Part shown: positions 36,970-47,414 of the stretch, piece after piece
How the letters are laid out: every line of letters starts with the position of its first letter
How positions within the stretch are numbered: the first letter of the stretch is position 1
Source: Turneriella sp.
Lineage (GTDB): Bacteria; Spirochaetota; Leptospiria; Turneriellales; Turneriellaceae
NCBI GenBank assembly: GCA_965279515.1
Contig: CBDIID010000003.1
Span: forward strand, 1,280,001-1,344,000
Direction: 5' to 3'
Length of the DNA stretch: 64,000 bases
Program-made: the position numbers and the translations under genes
The notes under the pieces: model-generated
The model's input: only the letters and a program-made list of their open reading frames with translations
Told to the model about the DNA's origin: nothing
Databases searched by the model: none

Positions 36970-38379
36970 ATGATGCGACTGAGTCCCGATCTGACACACA
37001 GCAGAGACAAAGCCCGGCCGATTTTCGAAGAGTTGCGCCGCCAGATTTTGGCCGGGCGCTTCAAGACCGGCGAGCATTTGCCCGGCTCACGTACCCTCGC
37101 TGTGACACTCGGCGTCGCACGCGGCACGGTAAATATGGCGCTCGCCATGCTCGATGCCGCAGGGCTTATCGCCACCTCCCAGGGGGCACGCGCGCGCGTC
37201 AGCTTCACTGTACCACGGGCCGTTAAAAAAGAAAAAAAGCTACCGCCCAACCTTTCTGCCTGGGCGCAAAGACTACCGACGCAGCGCCACACCACTGGCC
37301 GGGCTTTTTTCGCCACGGGCATTCTCGCCGATGAATATTTTCCCGAACGCGAGTGGCTGCAGGCGATGAAAGTGAGCCGCCGCCATTCGGGTATATTGCT
37401 TTCCGCAAACGGACCATCCCCCTCGGGTTTTTTGCCACTCAGGGAAAACATTGCCGCGCACCTGAAATATTCGCGGGGCGTCGACGCCCGCGCGGAAAAT
37501 ATCGTGATTGTCAACGGTTCGATGCAGGCGATTGCGCTCATCGCTCAACTGCTGCTCGAACGCGGCAAGGCCGGCGCCTTCGAGAACCCGGGTTTCCATG
37601 GCATACGCAGCGCCATCCATGCGACCGGGGCTAACAGCGTCGCCTGCGCCGTCGATGGCGAAGGTATGGTGCTGCCCGCGCAGCGCTGCCAACTCCTGTT
37701 TGTGACTCCGGCAAGCCAGTTTCCCACCGGCATCGTCATGTCGGCTGCGCGGCGCGGCGCCCTGCTCGAGTACGCGCGGCGGCAAAATGCCTTTATCGTT
37801 GAAGACGAATACGACAGCGAATTCACGCGGTTCGCGAATGCGCCGCAGCCGCTGAAGCTACTCGACAGCGACGAGCGCGTGATCTATGTCGGCTCCTTTT
37901 CGCGTACCATGTTCGCCGCGCTGCGCCTGGGTTATTGCCTTTTGCCCGACACGCTGGTAGAACCTTTTCTCAGGGCGCGGCAACTCTATGATTCGGTGCC
38001 GCCGGCGCTCGCCGACCAGATGGCGATGGCCGGCTTTATGGCTTCGGGAGCCTACCGCCGCCACCTGCGGCGTATGAGCAAAATCTATACCGAACGCCAT
38101 CATCTGCTGCTCGAAACCCTGCAGCGCCTCTTACCTTTGTTTTCCGTCAGGCCTTCGGCGGCAGGGCTCAGCCTCTTTGCCCGCTGGCTGCGGCCAGCGA
38201 GCGAATTTGAGCACCTACAGAACCTGTTCTCCAACCACGGCATAGGCTGGCAAAGCGCCGAGCGCTATTACGGCGCAAAGAAGCAACCCGCGGCCCTGTT
38301 TGGTTTTTCGCATTTAACCCCCGACCGCCTCCGCGAGGTGGGCCGGTCGATGTCGGCGCTCATTTCGGGAAAAAAATGA
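36970..38379 (+). CDS. MocR/GabR-family regulator (GntR HTH + PLP aminotransferase-like domain)
   Basis: LPGSRTLAVTLGVARGTV; VTPASQFPTG; EDEYDSEF; GSFSRTMFAALRLGY; divergent from the flavin-binding gene. Confidence 0.92.
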   Translation: MMRLSPDLTHSRDKARPIFEELRRQILAGRFKTGEHLPGSRTLAVTLGVARGTVNMALAMLDAAGLIATSQGARARVSFTVPRAVKKEKKLPPNLSAWAQRLPTQRHTTGRAFFATGILADEYFPEREWLQAMKVSRRHSGILLSANGPSPSGFLPLRENIAAHLKYSRGVDARAENIVIVNGSMQAIALIAQLLLERGKAGAFENPGFHGIRSAIHATGANSVACAVDGEGMVLPAQRCQLLFVTPASQFPTGIVMSAARRGALLEYARRQNAFIVEDEYDSEFTRFANAPQPLKLLDSDERVIYVGSFSRTMFAALRLGYCLLPDTLVEPFLRARQLYDSVPPALADQMAMAGFMASGAYRRHLRRMSKIYTERHHLLLETLQRLLPLFSVRPSAAGLSLFARWLRPASEFEHLQNLFSNHGIGWQSAERYYGAKKQPAALFGFSHLTPDRLREVGRSMSALISGKK

Positions 38380-38494
38380 GCACCTTTGTTCATCAAAACC
38401 CTCTCCTTATCATATGGGCCCCGTCACGGTACCGGTTATTGTCATCGACGCCACGTACAAAAAATACAGGCGCGATTACCTGCGGCTGATTTTC

Positions 38495-38995
38495 ATGGAA
38501 ACCGGTATATTACAAGAACTCTATTTTGCCCATGCAAAAAAAATCCATCGTTACCTGAAGTCACTCTGCCATAGCGACGACCGCGCCTTCGACATGATGC
38601 AAGAGACATTTCTTGCGGCAGATAAGTACTATAAACCGGGTGTGATAGAAAATCCCGAGGCATGGCTCATCAGTATCGCGCGCAATATTTTTAAGAAAGA
38701 AGCGAAGCGTGAGCAAAAATTCATCCCGACCGATGTCGCCGAACTGCAGATCGCAGATACCCGGCAAGAGGGTGCGGGTAAGGATTTCCAGATGCTGCGT
38801 GAGAACATCGACGTAAAGCTGGCCTCTACCGACCCGGTTCTCGCGGAAATTTTCGCGCTGCGCCTCGATATGGATTTCACACATGCCCAGATCGCCTCGG
38901 CGCTCGACCTGCCGCTCATTACCGTGCGGCGGCATTTCGAAAAAATCAAGACCCTTATCGAACAGAACTTTGCGGCCGACCTGAGGGAGTCATAA
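38495..38995 (+). CDS. ECF RNA polymerase sigma factor
   Basis: AFDMMQETFL, AWLISIARN, region 4 THAQIASALDLPLITVRR; start uncertain (ORF from 38414). Confidence 0.85.
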   Translation: METGILQELYFAHAKKIHRYLKSLCHSDDRAFDMMQETFLAADKYYKPGVIENPEAWLISIARNIFKKEAKREQKFIPTDVAELQIADTRQEGAGKDFQMLRENIDVKLASTDPVLAEIFALRLDMDFTHAQIASALDLPLITVRRHFEKIKTLIEQNFAADLRES

Positions 38996-39052
38996 AATGC
39001 ACGTGACGGGGTATCCAATGGCATTACGCAACGGTCTCAGAAGAGGTTCAAG

Positions 39053-40006
39053 ATGAAAGAACAGCAACCGGTTTCCGGACTCGATAACCTGCTTGGCCTT
39101 TCGCCTGACAATGCGCCCGCAGACCTGGGCGCCTACCGCAACCTGAAGCGCCTGAAGGCCGCAGACGGGCTCTCCGACGAGGCCGTAGCAAAGGGTTTTG
39201 CCGATCTGTTGCAGCGCCGCCAGGCGGCAAAGGTTGAGACGCCACCTCCGCGCCGCTTGTGGCGATACGGCACCGCCGCAGCGGTTGCCCTGGTTGCAGT
39301 TTCGGCATTTTTGCTGCTGAGAGACTCCGGCCCGAAAACCGCCGAAATTCTAACCGCAGACGGCGCCACTAAAATCAAGGCTGAAGCCGTTTCGTTTCCC
39401 GAGCAAAAGCTCGTTGCAGCAAAGGTTGAAACCGTCGATCTGAAAATCCGGGGTGTTTCGGGCTTCTCCGCCCAGAGCAGCGCCTCTGAGCTGCGGATAA
39501 AATTTGATTCGGGTTTCCTGAACGTCGAATACCATCCAGGCCCTGAGCGGAAGAAACTGATTCTGCAGGTACGCGACACAACCTTCACAGTCACGGGAAC
39601 GAAATTCTTCGTTCAGGCGACTAATGAAGTCCGCCTGGTGGTTACCGAGGGCAGTGTCGCAGCCCAAAGCCGTGAGCGCTCCGTTGTCGTCTCGACTGCA
39701 GAAACCTGGACACCCGCGGCGCCGGCGGTCAGGCACCTTACACCGGCAGAAACAGAAACATACGTGAAAAATTTTTCCGATACCACGAAAAAAACGGCCG
39801 AGATTACGCTGCCTGAAGCCGGGGTGCAACCGAAACCGGAGCCGACGCCAACGCGCAAACGGGTCAAAGTCCATTTGAATCTCGGGCAGGTCGTCTCAGG
39901 CACGCTGGCCGGCGAAGACGCGGATACGCTGACGATTTCCGTTGCGGGTGGCAAAGTGGTGAAAATCAGCCGCCAAGAGATCGAAAAAATTGAACGGCTT
40001 CCCTGA
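39053..40006 (+). CDS. FecR-family anti-sigma factor
   Basis: Single TM, then VTGTKFFV..LVVTEGSV; downstream of the ECF sigma. Confidence 0.8.
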   Translation: MKEQQPVSGLDNLLGLSPDNAPADLGAYRNLKRLKAADGLSDEAVAKGFADLLQRRQAAKVETPPPRRLWRYGTAAAVALVAVSAFLLLRDSGPKTAEILTADGATKIKAEAVSFPEQKLVAAKVETVDLKIRGVSGFSAQSSASELRIKFDSGFLNVEYHPGPERKKLILQVRDTTFTVTGTKFFVQATNEVRLVVTEGSVAAQSRERSVVVSTAETWTPAAPAVRHLTPAETETYVKNFSDTTKKTAEITLPEAGVQPKPEPTPTRKRVKVHLNLGQVVSGTLAGEDADTLTISVAGGKVVKISRQEIEKIERLP

Positions 40007-41017
40007 CAAAACAACGGCGGTTGCGCTGTGCCTTCTGCTGCTGCCCGCACTCGCTGCCGACACGGTTAAAACGCAAAAAGGGCATGTCTTCTCGGGCGAG
40101 GTGACCGAACAGACTCCCGAGTTCACCATCATCGTACCGGATAAATGCGCGATCCGCAAAAAAGAAATCCGCAATTTTACACCCGGCACCTTAGCGGCGG
40201 AAAGCGGCGAGTTTTTTGGCAAACTCGAGCTGCGCGACGGCAGCAAGATTCTCGGCTGGATGGAAAAACTGCCCAACGGCGATGCCGTGGTGAAGCGGCA
40301 CGTCGTCTTCGGTGAAAATCACGTCGTGACCAGAAAAGAAATCCTGAAAATATCTGCAGTCGGTAAATCGACCCTGCACCTCGACGGTATCGGAGAAATC
40401 AGCGGCTTTCTCTCCGGTGAAAATCCCGATAACTTTATGTTTGAAATGCGCGACAAACAAAGCCTGCGCATCGAAGCCAAAGATCTCGCCGGCACCACGC
40501 TTTCAAAACCGAAATCCCCCGCCCCCAGGCCAGCGGAAGGCGTGCGCCTGAAACCAAAATATATTCTGGGCCTGGTGGCTGGCGCCGGGGTCCCCATGGG
40601 CACCTTCACCCAATATCTCAAACGCGGCTATGGCGGTGGCGCAGATTACCTGCAGGCATGGCCGGCACTGCTCGATTTTCTCGGCTACTGGGTCATCTCA
40701 GGGCGCTTCCAGCTCTACGAAGGCGACCTGCTGAAGATCTATTACGGACAACTCTATGCCGGCCTCTACCGGTCTTTTCCCGTGTATAAAGACCATGGCG
40801 TATACGGTAAACTCACCGCGGGAATAAATTTCGAACAGATCCGGGAGAGGGATTCTCCAAATCCAACTTCCTGGGCGGCGCGGCGGCGCATGCGGGCTAT
40901 GTCTACTCATGGGGAAATATCTCGGTCATGGCAGGCGGCATATTCCAGTACTTTTATGATCCCACCTATCCTTTGATGGGTTTTGGCGGCGAATTGGGAT
41001 TTTTCTACGCCCTCTAA
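39990..41017 (+). pseudogene. Exported protein with C-terminal beta-barrel, frameshifted near 40845-40851
   Basis: Listed ORF loses protein-like character after FEQIRE; another frame continues GFSKSNFLGGAAAHAGYVYSWG..GFGGELGFFYAL* to 41017. Confidence 0.7.
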
Positions 41018-41089
41018 CGTCTCGCCAGTAAAAAAAATTGAGCACTTACCGGCCCCCATCGGACTCCTTGCTGTATAAGGAGTCTCAAA

Positions 41090-43240
41090 ATGACCAAAAT
41101 ATGGATAAAAGTCTCACTGATACCGATCTTCTCTCTCTTTCTCGCGCAGTGCGCAGGCGGCGGGGATACTGGCGCAGCCGACGCCAATACGGTAATCTCC
41201 GATCCGGCAGCCGCACCGGTTATCCCGGCGCCGATTCCAGCCCCAACCCCTGATCCGGAACCAGGCCCCAGCGACCCAAACCTCAACGCCCCGGTGATTT
41301 CAGCCACGGAAGGTGTCCACGCCGACAGAATCGAAATCAGCTGGCAACCGATTCCCGGTGCGAATTACAAAGTCTACCGCAAGCTGGCATCCGCAAGTGC
41401 CTACACCCTGATCCACAGCGGCACAGAACCTCTGTATAGCGATACGACCACCGCTGCAGGGCAGACATACCAGTACGCCGTGAAGGCCGCAAACTCACAG
41501 GGACAAAGCTCGGCCCTCAGCGAATTTGATTCGGGATGGCGTGCATTCTCCGAAGGCTGCGCGGCGAAACTCAATGTAGACCGAACTGAAAGCCGCATCG
41601 GTGTTTTGCGTAACGGATTTCAGGCTGCCTCGGCGATCACCATCCGCGGGAATTACTTTTTTATCGCGAGCGCCGGACGCGTCGTCATGCTGAACGCGCA
41701 GCGCGACCTCGCCGGTATCTGGCCAAACGCCGGGTCCATCACCGCCATGACAAGTTCTGCAAACAGCCCTGTTTATGCGCTCTCGGGAAAAAACATCCTG
41801 AAACTCACGGACGATTGCGGAACGGAAACATTTGCTACGCTGCCGTATAACACGCAAGGGTTTGACATCACTCTCGACACGACGGGCAATGTCTATGTCA
41901 GTGAAAAGAGTTCAGAAAAACCGGCGCGCATTTTCCGCTACGATGCTGCCGGAAAGCTGACCAACGAATGGCCTATGCCTGATACGGGCAGCATGGCACG
42001 TTCGCTCAACGCGATCCACTGGGTGGCCGGGGACGCTCTTCTGATTGCGGACAGAACCCTGTACAAGATTCTGAAATACCGCATCGATGGAAACCAACTG
42101 GTAAAAGTCGCGGAGAAAAATATGGCGGTAATCGGCGAGCCTACCGACATTGCGACGCAGGGAAATAACATATTGTTATTCACCAAGGCGAACGATAAGA
42201 TGCACCTGACCCGTTACCACAGCGGTTTCGACGGCGGGTCGGTAACTTACGATCTCGCTTACAATTACCGCATGCACGTTACCGAAGGGGCCGTGAATCC
42301 TGCTAACGGAACGCTCTATGGTACTGACGAAACCGGGCGCCAGCTTCTGGCCTGCCCGCCGCCACTCTTTATCTGCGCCCTGGATTCTGCGGGCATCGCT
42401 CCCGTCGGTATTGCCGCCGACGCACAAAAAAATCTCTATGTGCTGCATGGCGGGCCGACAGGGGCGATTACGAAACTCAACGCCAACGGTGCGCAGCTCG
42501 GAACACGTATTCTCCCGGATTATCAGAGCCGCGCGGTTACGCCATACGGAATCGAGGCCGATGGGGAAAATCTTTATATCTCGGCAACCAATGGCCAGAA
42601 AGCCCTGATCCTCAAGATCAAAAACGATCTCAGCGGCAATGTGACTTTCACCGAACGCACAGGTAACGGCGAAACCTTCTTCGACATCGCCGCGTCGGCT
42701 GGGCGGGTGATCTCAGAACAGCGAGTGGGTTATGTTTCAGGGGATGACTACCTGACGAAGGTCGTCTTCGAAGCGCTGCAGGCAGACGGTTCTAAAACCC
42801 AGCTGCCGGAATATGTACTGCCACAGGATATTGCGTTTGAAACGGCTTCTAAAGTCGAGAGCTGCGGCGCAGACTCGCTGTACTTTCAACTTACGGCGTA
42901 TGACTATGACTTCAACATCATACCGTTCGTAGCGCGCCTCGCTACGCAGCAAGGCAGTTGGTCGCGAGTGACACTGCCTGCGGGACAACCGAAGATCACC
43001 GAAGTGCGCTGCGCCAAGACCGCAGGAACGCTGTTCACGCTGGATCGAGATACGGCAGGCAATCTGTCGGTGGCCCAGCGCGATACAGCGCTCGGCGAAA
43101 TCCGCCGTTTCGGAGCTGCACGTAGTCTGATAGGTAAAACCTTTACGGTGGCCGGCGACGGTAGCGCGGGTTTTGCCGCCTCGGCACAGGGTATCCACCG
43201 TTTTGCCCCTGCACAGATTTCATTGGGGGCAGTCCCCTGA
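41090..43240 (+). CDS. Surface lipoprotein with Pro-rich linker, Fn3 domain and NHL/beta-propeller-like repeats
   Basis: Lipobox FLAQC; PAPIPAPTPDPEP; ISWQ..YKVYR..YQYAVKA; DTTGNVYVS and GIAADAQKNLYV; RBS aaggag. Confidence 0.75.
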   Translation: MTKIWIKVSLIPIFSLFLAQCAGGGDTGAADANTVISDPAAAPVIPAPIPAPTPDPEPGPSDPNLNAPVISATEGVHADRIEISWQPIPGANYKVYRKLASASAYTLIHSGTEPLYSDTTTAAGQTYQYAVKAANSQGQSSALSEFDSGWRAFSEGCAAKLNVDRTESRIGVLRNGFQAASAITIRGNYFFIASAGRVVMLNAQRDLAGIWPNAGSITAMTSSANSPVYALSGKNILKLTDDCGTETFATLPYNTQGFDITLDTTGNVYVSEKSSEKPARIFRYDAAGKLTNEWPMPDTGSMARSLNAIHWVAGDALLIADRTLYKILKYRIDGNQLVKVAEKNMAVIGEPTDIATQGNNILLFTKANDKMHLTRYHSGFDGGSVTYDLAYNYRMHVTEGAVNPANGTLYGTDETGRQLLACPPPLFICALDSAGIAPVGIAADAQKNLYVLHGGPTGAITKLNANGAQLGTRILPDYQSRAVTPYGIEADGENLYISATNGQKALILKIKNDLSGNVTFTERTGNGETFFDIAASAGRVISEQRVGYVSGDDYLTKVVFEALQADGSKTQLPEYVLPQDIAFETASKVESCGADSLYFQLTAYDYDFNIIPFVARLATQQGSWSRVTLPAGQPKITEVRCAKTAGTLFTLDRDTAGNLSVAQRDTALGEIRRFGAARSLIGKTFTVAGDGSAGFAASAQGIHRFAPAQISLGAVP

Positions 43241-43305
43241 GAAATCGCCGGCAACGGTCGGTAGTATTGAAGTGACACGCCAGGCGTTACGCCAGAGAAC
43301 TGTCC

Positions 43306-45096
43306 ATGTCTTTAAAATGGGCCGTTCTGCTGGCTACCGCTGCCGTGTTTTGTACCGGGCTCGGTGCAACCGACCGATTGGCCGCAGATGCGGTCAGCGC
43401 CAATTACCGAACCGGTGTTCCTGAAGAAAAATCCCTGAACGTGCCCGCTGACATCCGCAGCGCGGTCTCGGCAAACCCCGAAGCGGGATTACCCCTGTTG
43501 GTACAATATTTGGTTTCCGACACCAATGACGAATTTATCAAAGTGAAGAGGATCCATGACTGGATCACCGACAACATCGCCTATGACAGCGATCTGCTTT
43601 TGGGTCTCAGCGACCAGGGCAGCCGCAAGGTGATTGACCTCGTCAAATTCAAACGCACGACCTGCGGCGGCTACAGCCACCTTTTCCACCACATGGCCAG
43701 CCTAGCAGGAATTCCCGTTGAAACGATCACCGGTAACTCCAAGACCTGCTGGATCAAATCTTCTGCGCGCGACTGCCACCACGTCTGGAATGCGGTTAAC
43801 CTCAGGGGTAAATGGTACTATGTCGATACCACGGCCGACGGCCGTTTCACTTATAAACACGGCGCCTTTACGCCGAAAAAGCGCTACCACGACGTTTACC
43901 TGTTCATGACGCAGCAGGCAAAACTGCTCATCAACCTGCCGCTCGAAGAGCGCCAGCAATTTCTGAATCCACCGGTGAGTCGCGCCACCTATCTCGGCAC
44001 TCCGCGCGTCTCAGTGCTCTACCACAAGTACGATATTCAATATACGGCGCAGACGATTGCTCAGTTCCGCGAAGCGAAGAGAGATTTTGAGGGCGGCGCC
44101 CTGCAAAAAGTTTTCGACATGGCCGATTCGCCGAATGAACTTTTTGAATTACGTTTCCGCGCGCCGGCAAACGTGATGTTCTTTCCGCAGCTCGTAAAAG
44201 AAGCCGGTGAATCCTTCGACGATAATACCGATTCGGACAAAGCAGACGACAAGGTAGACCTGAATGCGCGCACCTTTTGCCTGCGCGAATCGGCCGAACA
44301 GGTGCTCTGCCAGTACTCCGCCGCGAAGCCGGGAAAATACAAGGCCTACCTTTCGGCCAAAGAGGCGGGCGACCTCTACAAGTTTGGTCTCATCCATGCC
44401 TTCACTCTTGTCGCGCAAAAAGCCGGGCCGATTCTCCCTTTAAGTACCAGTCAGCTTTTCACGGGTCCGTTATTTGTGCAGCAGGGTCTCAACATCGTCG
44501 CCGCAGATTTAAATCCCACAACGCCGTTTCCCTGGGTGGATGTCACACACCCCGAAGCCAACTTCATCACGTCATTTGTGTTTGGCATGGACGGCAAACA
44601 GGTGCCTGCCTCTGTCGATTATTCCTTCCTTTCCCGCGAGCGCATACGGTTCTATTATAAATTTGCCAAACCCGGCACCTACTGGGTCAGGCTACAGACC
44701 CGCATTCCGAATGAAACCGGTGCGCCGCGGCAGAATGTGGCTGTTGCCCGGCTCGATGTCACACAGCCGACGGCGGCAAAGTTCCCGCCCGACAACGATT
44801 TTATTTTCACGAAAGCCCTGGTAGAGAATGGCATGGCATTGGTCTCAACCGACATCGCCACCAGCACGGGTGATGTGAATGTCACGATATCCGGAACATC
44901 AGGTAAAACAACAGAATGCCAGCTCTACGACGCTTCGGGAAAGGCAATGAAAGCGCTGTGTGCCGCTGCTCCGGAAGCAGATACCACGCGCTTCACCTTT
45001 GCGACTGCTGCCTCCGGAACCTTCGGCGGCCGGCTGTTTCTTAAGGAAGGAACGCAGAAGAAAATCATCGGCTATTTCCGGCTGGTACGCCCCTAG
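43306..45096 (+). CDS. Exported transglutaminase-like protein
   Basis: IHDWITDNIAYD; Cys-His-Asp triad in TCGGYS, HVWNAV, YVDTT. Confidence 0.85.
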   Translation: MSLKWAVLLATAAVFCTGLGATDRLAADAVSANYRTGVPEEKSLNVPADIRSAVSANPEAGLPLLVQYLVSDTNDEFIKVKRIHDWITDNIAYDSDLLLGLSDQGSRKVIDLVKFKRTTCGGYSHLFHHMASLAGIPVETITGNSKTCWIKSSARDCHHVWNAVNLRGKWYYVDTTADGRFTYKHGAFTPKKRYHDVYLFMTQQAKLLINLPLEERQQFLNPPVSRATYLGTPRVSVLYHKYDIQYTAQTIAQFREAKRDFEGGALQKVFDMADSPNELFELRFRAPANVMFFPQLVKEAGESFDDNTDSDKADDKVDLNARTFCLRESAEQVLCQYSAAKPGKYKAYLSAKEAGDLYKFGLIHAFTLVAQKAGPILPLSTSQLFTGPLFVQQGLNIVAADLNPTTPFPWVDVTHPEANFITSFVFGMDGKQVPASVDYSFLSRERIRFYYKFAKPGTYWVRLQTRIPNETGAPRQNVAVARLDVTQPTAAKFPPDNDFIFTKALVENGMALVSTDIATSTGDVNVTISGTSGKTTECQLYDASGKAMKALCAAAPEADTTRFTFATAASGTFGGRLFLKEGTQKKIIGYFRLVRP

Positions 45097-45222
45097 CCCG
45101 GCCTAAACAATCGATTTTCCTTTTCCCTCTGTCCGCAGAGCAAAAATTGGCAACGCGTCGATGGATTTCGACGCGTTGCACTGGCGGGATAAATCCCGTC
45201 TTCGCAAAACTGAGCAAATGCG

Positions 45223-45573
45223 ATGCAGAACGACAGAGCGCTTAATGGCACGAGCTTACGGCGCAAAAGCGTTTCTGCAGAAAACATTTATCTCTTCAAG
45301 ACAGAGGTCTTGAGAGCGCTTTCCGATGAAACCCGGCAGGGAATCATCGTGCTTCTGGGTAAGCACGGCAGCCTGTGCGTGAACGATTTGACGGCCCATT
45401 TCAACGTGGGCAGACCAACCGTCTCACACCACCTGCAGGTCTTAAAAGAAGCGAAAGTGGTTAAGGCTGAAAAACTCGGTAAAGAGATGCATTATTCTCT
45501 GAACCTGAGAAATATCAGACGCTCGATAAAAAGTCTGGACAAAGTTCTGGATAGCATAACGATAAAGGAGTAA
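45223..45573 (+). CDS. ArsR/SmtB family regulator
   Basis: ALSDETRQGI..RPTVSHHLQVLKEAKVV..GKEMHYSL. Confidence 0.9.
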   Translation: MQNDRALNGTSLRRKSVSAENIYLFKTEVLRALSDETRQGIIVLLGKHGSLCVNDLTAHFNVGRPTVSHHLQVLKEAKVVKAEKLGKEMHYSLNLRNIRRSIKSLDKVLDSITIKE

Positions 45574-45576
45574 CGG

Positions 45577-46332
45577 ATGAACACACTGGTTCTGATTAAG
45601 CAAGTGCCCGACACCGAGGCAAAAATCAACGTCGCCGCCGGAAAAATTTCCGAGGCGGGTATTAAATGGACAATCTCACCTTATGATGAGATCGCGCTTG
45701 AAGAAGCGATACGCATGAAAGAGAAATCAGGCGGCACCGTTACTGCGCTCGCAGTCGGCGACGACTCTGTACAAAACGCGCTGCGTTCGGCATTCGCGAT
45801 GGGCGCCGACAATGCGATCCACGTCAAAGTCGACGGTTACCAGATGCTCGATTCATTCGGCATCGCCAAAGCAATCGCCACAGCGATCGAAGGCGCCGAC
45901 TATAAAGTCGTACTCGCCGGCCGCCAGGGTTCAGACTCTGACAACGGTCAGGTGCCCCTCATTCTCGCAACGCTCAAGGGCTGGGGCTGCGTTTCATTCG
46001 CGAAAAAAGTAGAAGTATCGGCAGACAAGGCCGTGATCGAGTGCGAAGCCGACGGCGGCGAAGCAGTCTATGAATCTTCACTCCCTGTTGTGATTACAGC
46101 GAATGCCGGCCTTAACGAGCCGCGCTACCCGTCACTCAAAGGTATCATGGCTTCCAAAAAGAAGCCGATCGAATCTAAGCCCGTAAATATCGGCGCAGAA
46201 ACCAAAATCGAAGTTTTGGGTTTCGAACCGCCACCAGCACGCCCGGCAGGCCGCACTATCGAAGGTGCAGACGCCGCGGCAAAAGCGAAAGAACTTGTGA
46301 AAGGTCTGCGCGAAGAAATCAAGGCAATCTAA
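45577..46332 (+). CDS. etfB: Electron transfer flavoprotein beta subunit
   Basis: IKQVPDT, AMGAD, GRQGSD, NEPRYPSLKGIMASKKKP. Confidence 0.95.
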   Translation: MNTLVLIKQVPDTEAKINVAAGKISEAGIKWTISPYDEIALEEAIRMKEKSGGTVTALAVGDDSVQNALRSAFAMGADNAIHVKVDGYQMLDSFGIAKAIATAIEGADYKVVLAGRQGSDSDNGQVPLILATLKGWGCVSFAKKVEVSADKAVIECEADGGEAVYESSLPVVITANAGLNEPRYPSLKGIMASKKKPIESKPVNIGAETKIEVLGFEPPPARPAGRTIEGADAAAKAKELVKGLREEIKAI

Positions 46333-46342
46333 GGAGCACACA

Positions 46343-47290
46343 ATGGCAAAGATATTAGCAGTAGGCGAAATCGCCGGCGGAGTCTTAAGAAAAGCTTCGC
46401 GTGAAACAACCAGCGTCGGCAAAAAACTCGGCACCGTCTCAACCGTTCTCATCGGTTCTGGCGCGGCAGCGGGCGCACCCGAAGTAGCCAAGCACGGCGC
46501 CGATAAAGTGTATGTGGGAGAAATCGCCACATACAACGGTGAAGCGTATGCGAAAGCCATCGCCGACCTTGTAAAGGGCAAAGGCTATGAAATCGTCATC
46601 CTGCCCCACTCATGGATCGGCCGCGACATTTCATCGCGTATTGCGACGCTGCTGAACACCGGCGTTATTTCAGACGCCGTGGAAATCAGCCTCGATGGCG
46701 ACCGCGTGAAAATCCGCAAACCTGTCTATTCAGGTAAGGCGTTTGTATCATTGAAGGTGAAAGCTTCACCGCAGGTTGTCACGATCCGCCCCAATGCACA
46801 CGCGATCGCTGACAGCGCGGGTGCCGGTGCAGTCGAAAACATCACTGTCGATGCTGGTGCGTCAAAAGCAAAACAAGTCAAATTCGAAGCGAAAAGCGGC
46901 TCACGCGTATCGCTCACCGAAGCTGACATCGTTGTCTCCGGCGGCCGTGGTATCAAGGGCCCTGAAAACTTCCCGCTCATCGAACAACTCGCCGACATTC
47001 TCGGCGCAGGCGTCGGTGCGACGCGCGCGGTTGTCGATGCCGGCTGGTGTGACCACACATTGCAGATCGGCCAGACCGGTCAGACAGTATCGCCTAAACT
47101 CTACATTGCCGTCGGTATCTCCGGCGCGATTCAGCACATGGCAGGTATGGGTTCGTCAAAGTTCATCGTTGCGATCAACAAAGATCCCGATGCACCGATC
47201 TTCAAGGTTTCCACCTACGGCATCGTGGACGATCTGTTCAACGTTCTGCCACCTCTGAAAGAGGAATTGAAGGCGGCGTTAGGGAAATAA
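46343..47290 (+). CDS. etfA: Electron transfer flavoprotein alpha subunit
   Basis: LTEADIVVSGGRG, QIGQTG, YIAVGISGAIQH, AINKDPDAPIF. Confidence 0.95.
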   Translation: MAKILAVGEIAGGVLRKASRETTSVGKKLGTVSTVLIGSGAAAGAPEVAKHGADKVYVGEIATYNGEAYAKAIADLVKGKGYEIVILPHSWIGRDISSRIATLLNTGVISDAVEISLDGDRVKIRKPVYSGKAFVSLKVKASPQVVTIRPNAHAIADSAGAGAVENITVDAGASKAKQVKFEAKSGSRVSLTEADIVVSGGRGIKGPENFPLIEQLADILGAGVGATRAVVDAGWCDHTLQIGQTGQTVSPKLYIAVGISGAIQHMAGMGSSKFIVAINKDPDAPIFKVSTYGIVDDLFNVLPPLKEELKAALGK

Positions 47291-47296
47291 TTTATC

Positions 47297-47396
47297 GCCC
47301 CCAACCCCAGCCCTTCCCCCTAGTCTGGGGGAAGGGAGTCAGGACTATCTTTCTCCCCTTGCCCCGGAATCGGGGAAAGGGGCCGGGGGTTAAGGC
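47297..47396. repeat. REP-like double-hairpin intergenic element
   Basis: cccttccccc/gggggaaggg (47311-47336); ccccttgccccg/cggggaaagggg (47355-47382); outer aacccc/ggggtt. Confidence 0.75.
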
Positions 47397-47414
47397 GAAC
47401 CAAAGGAGCAAAAT

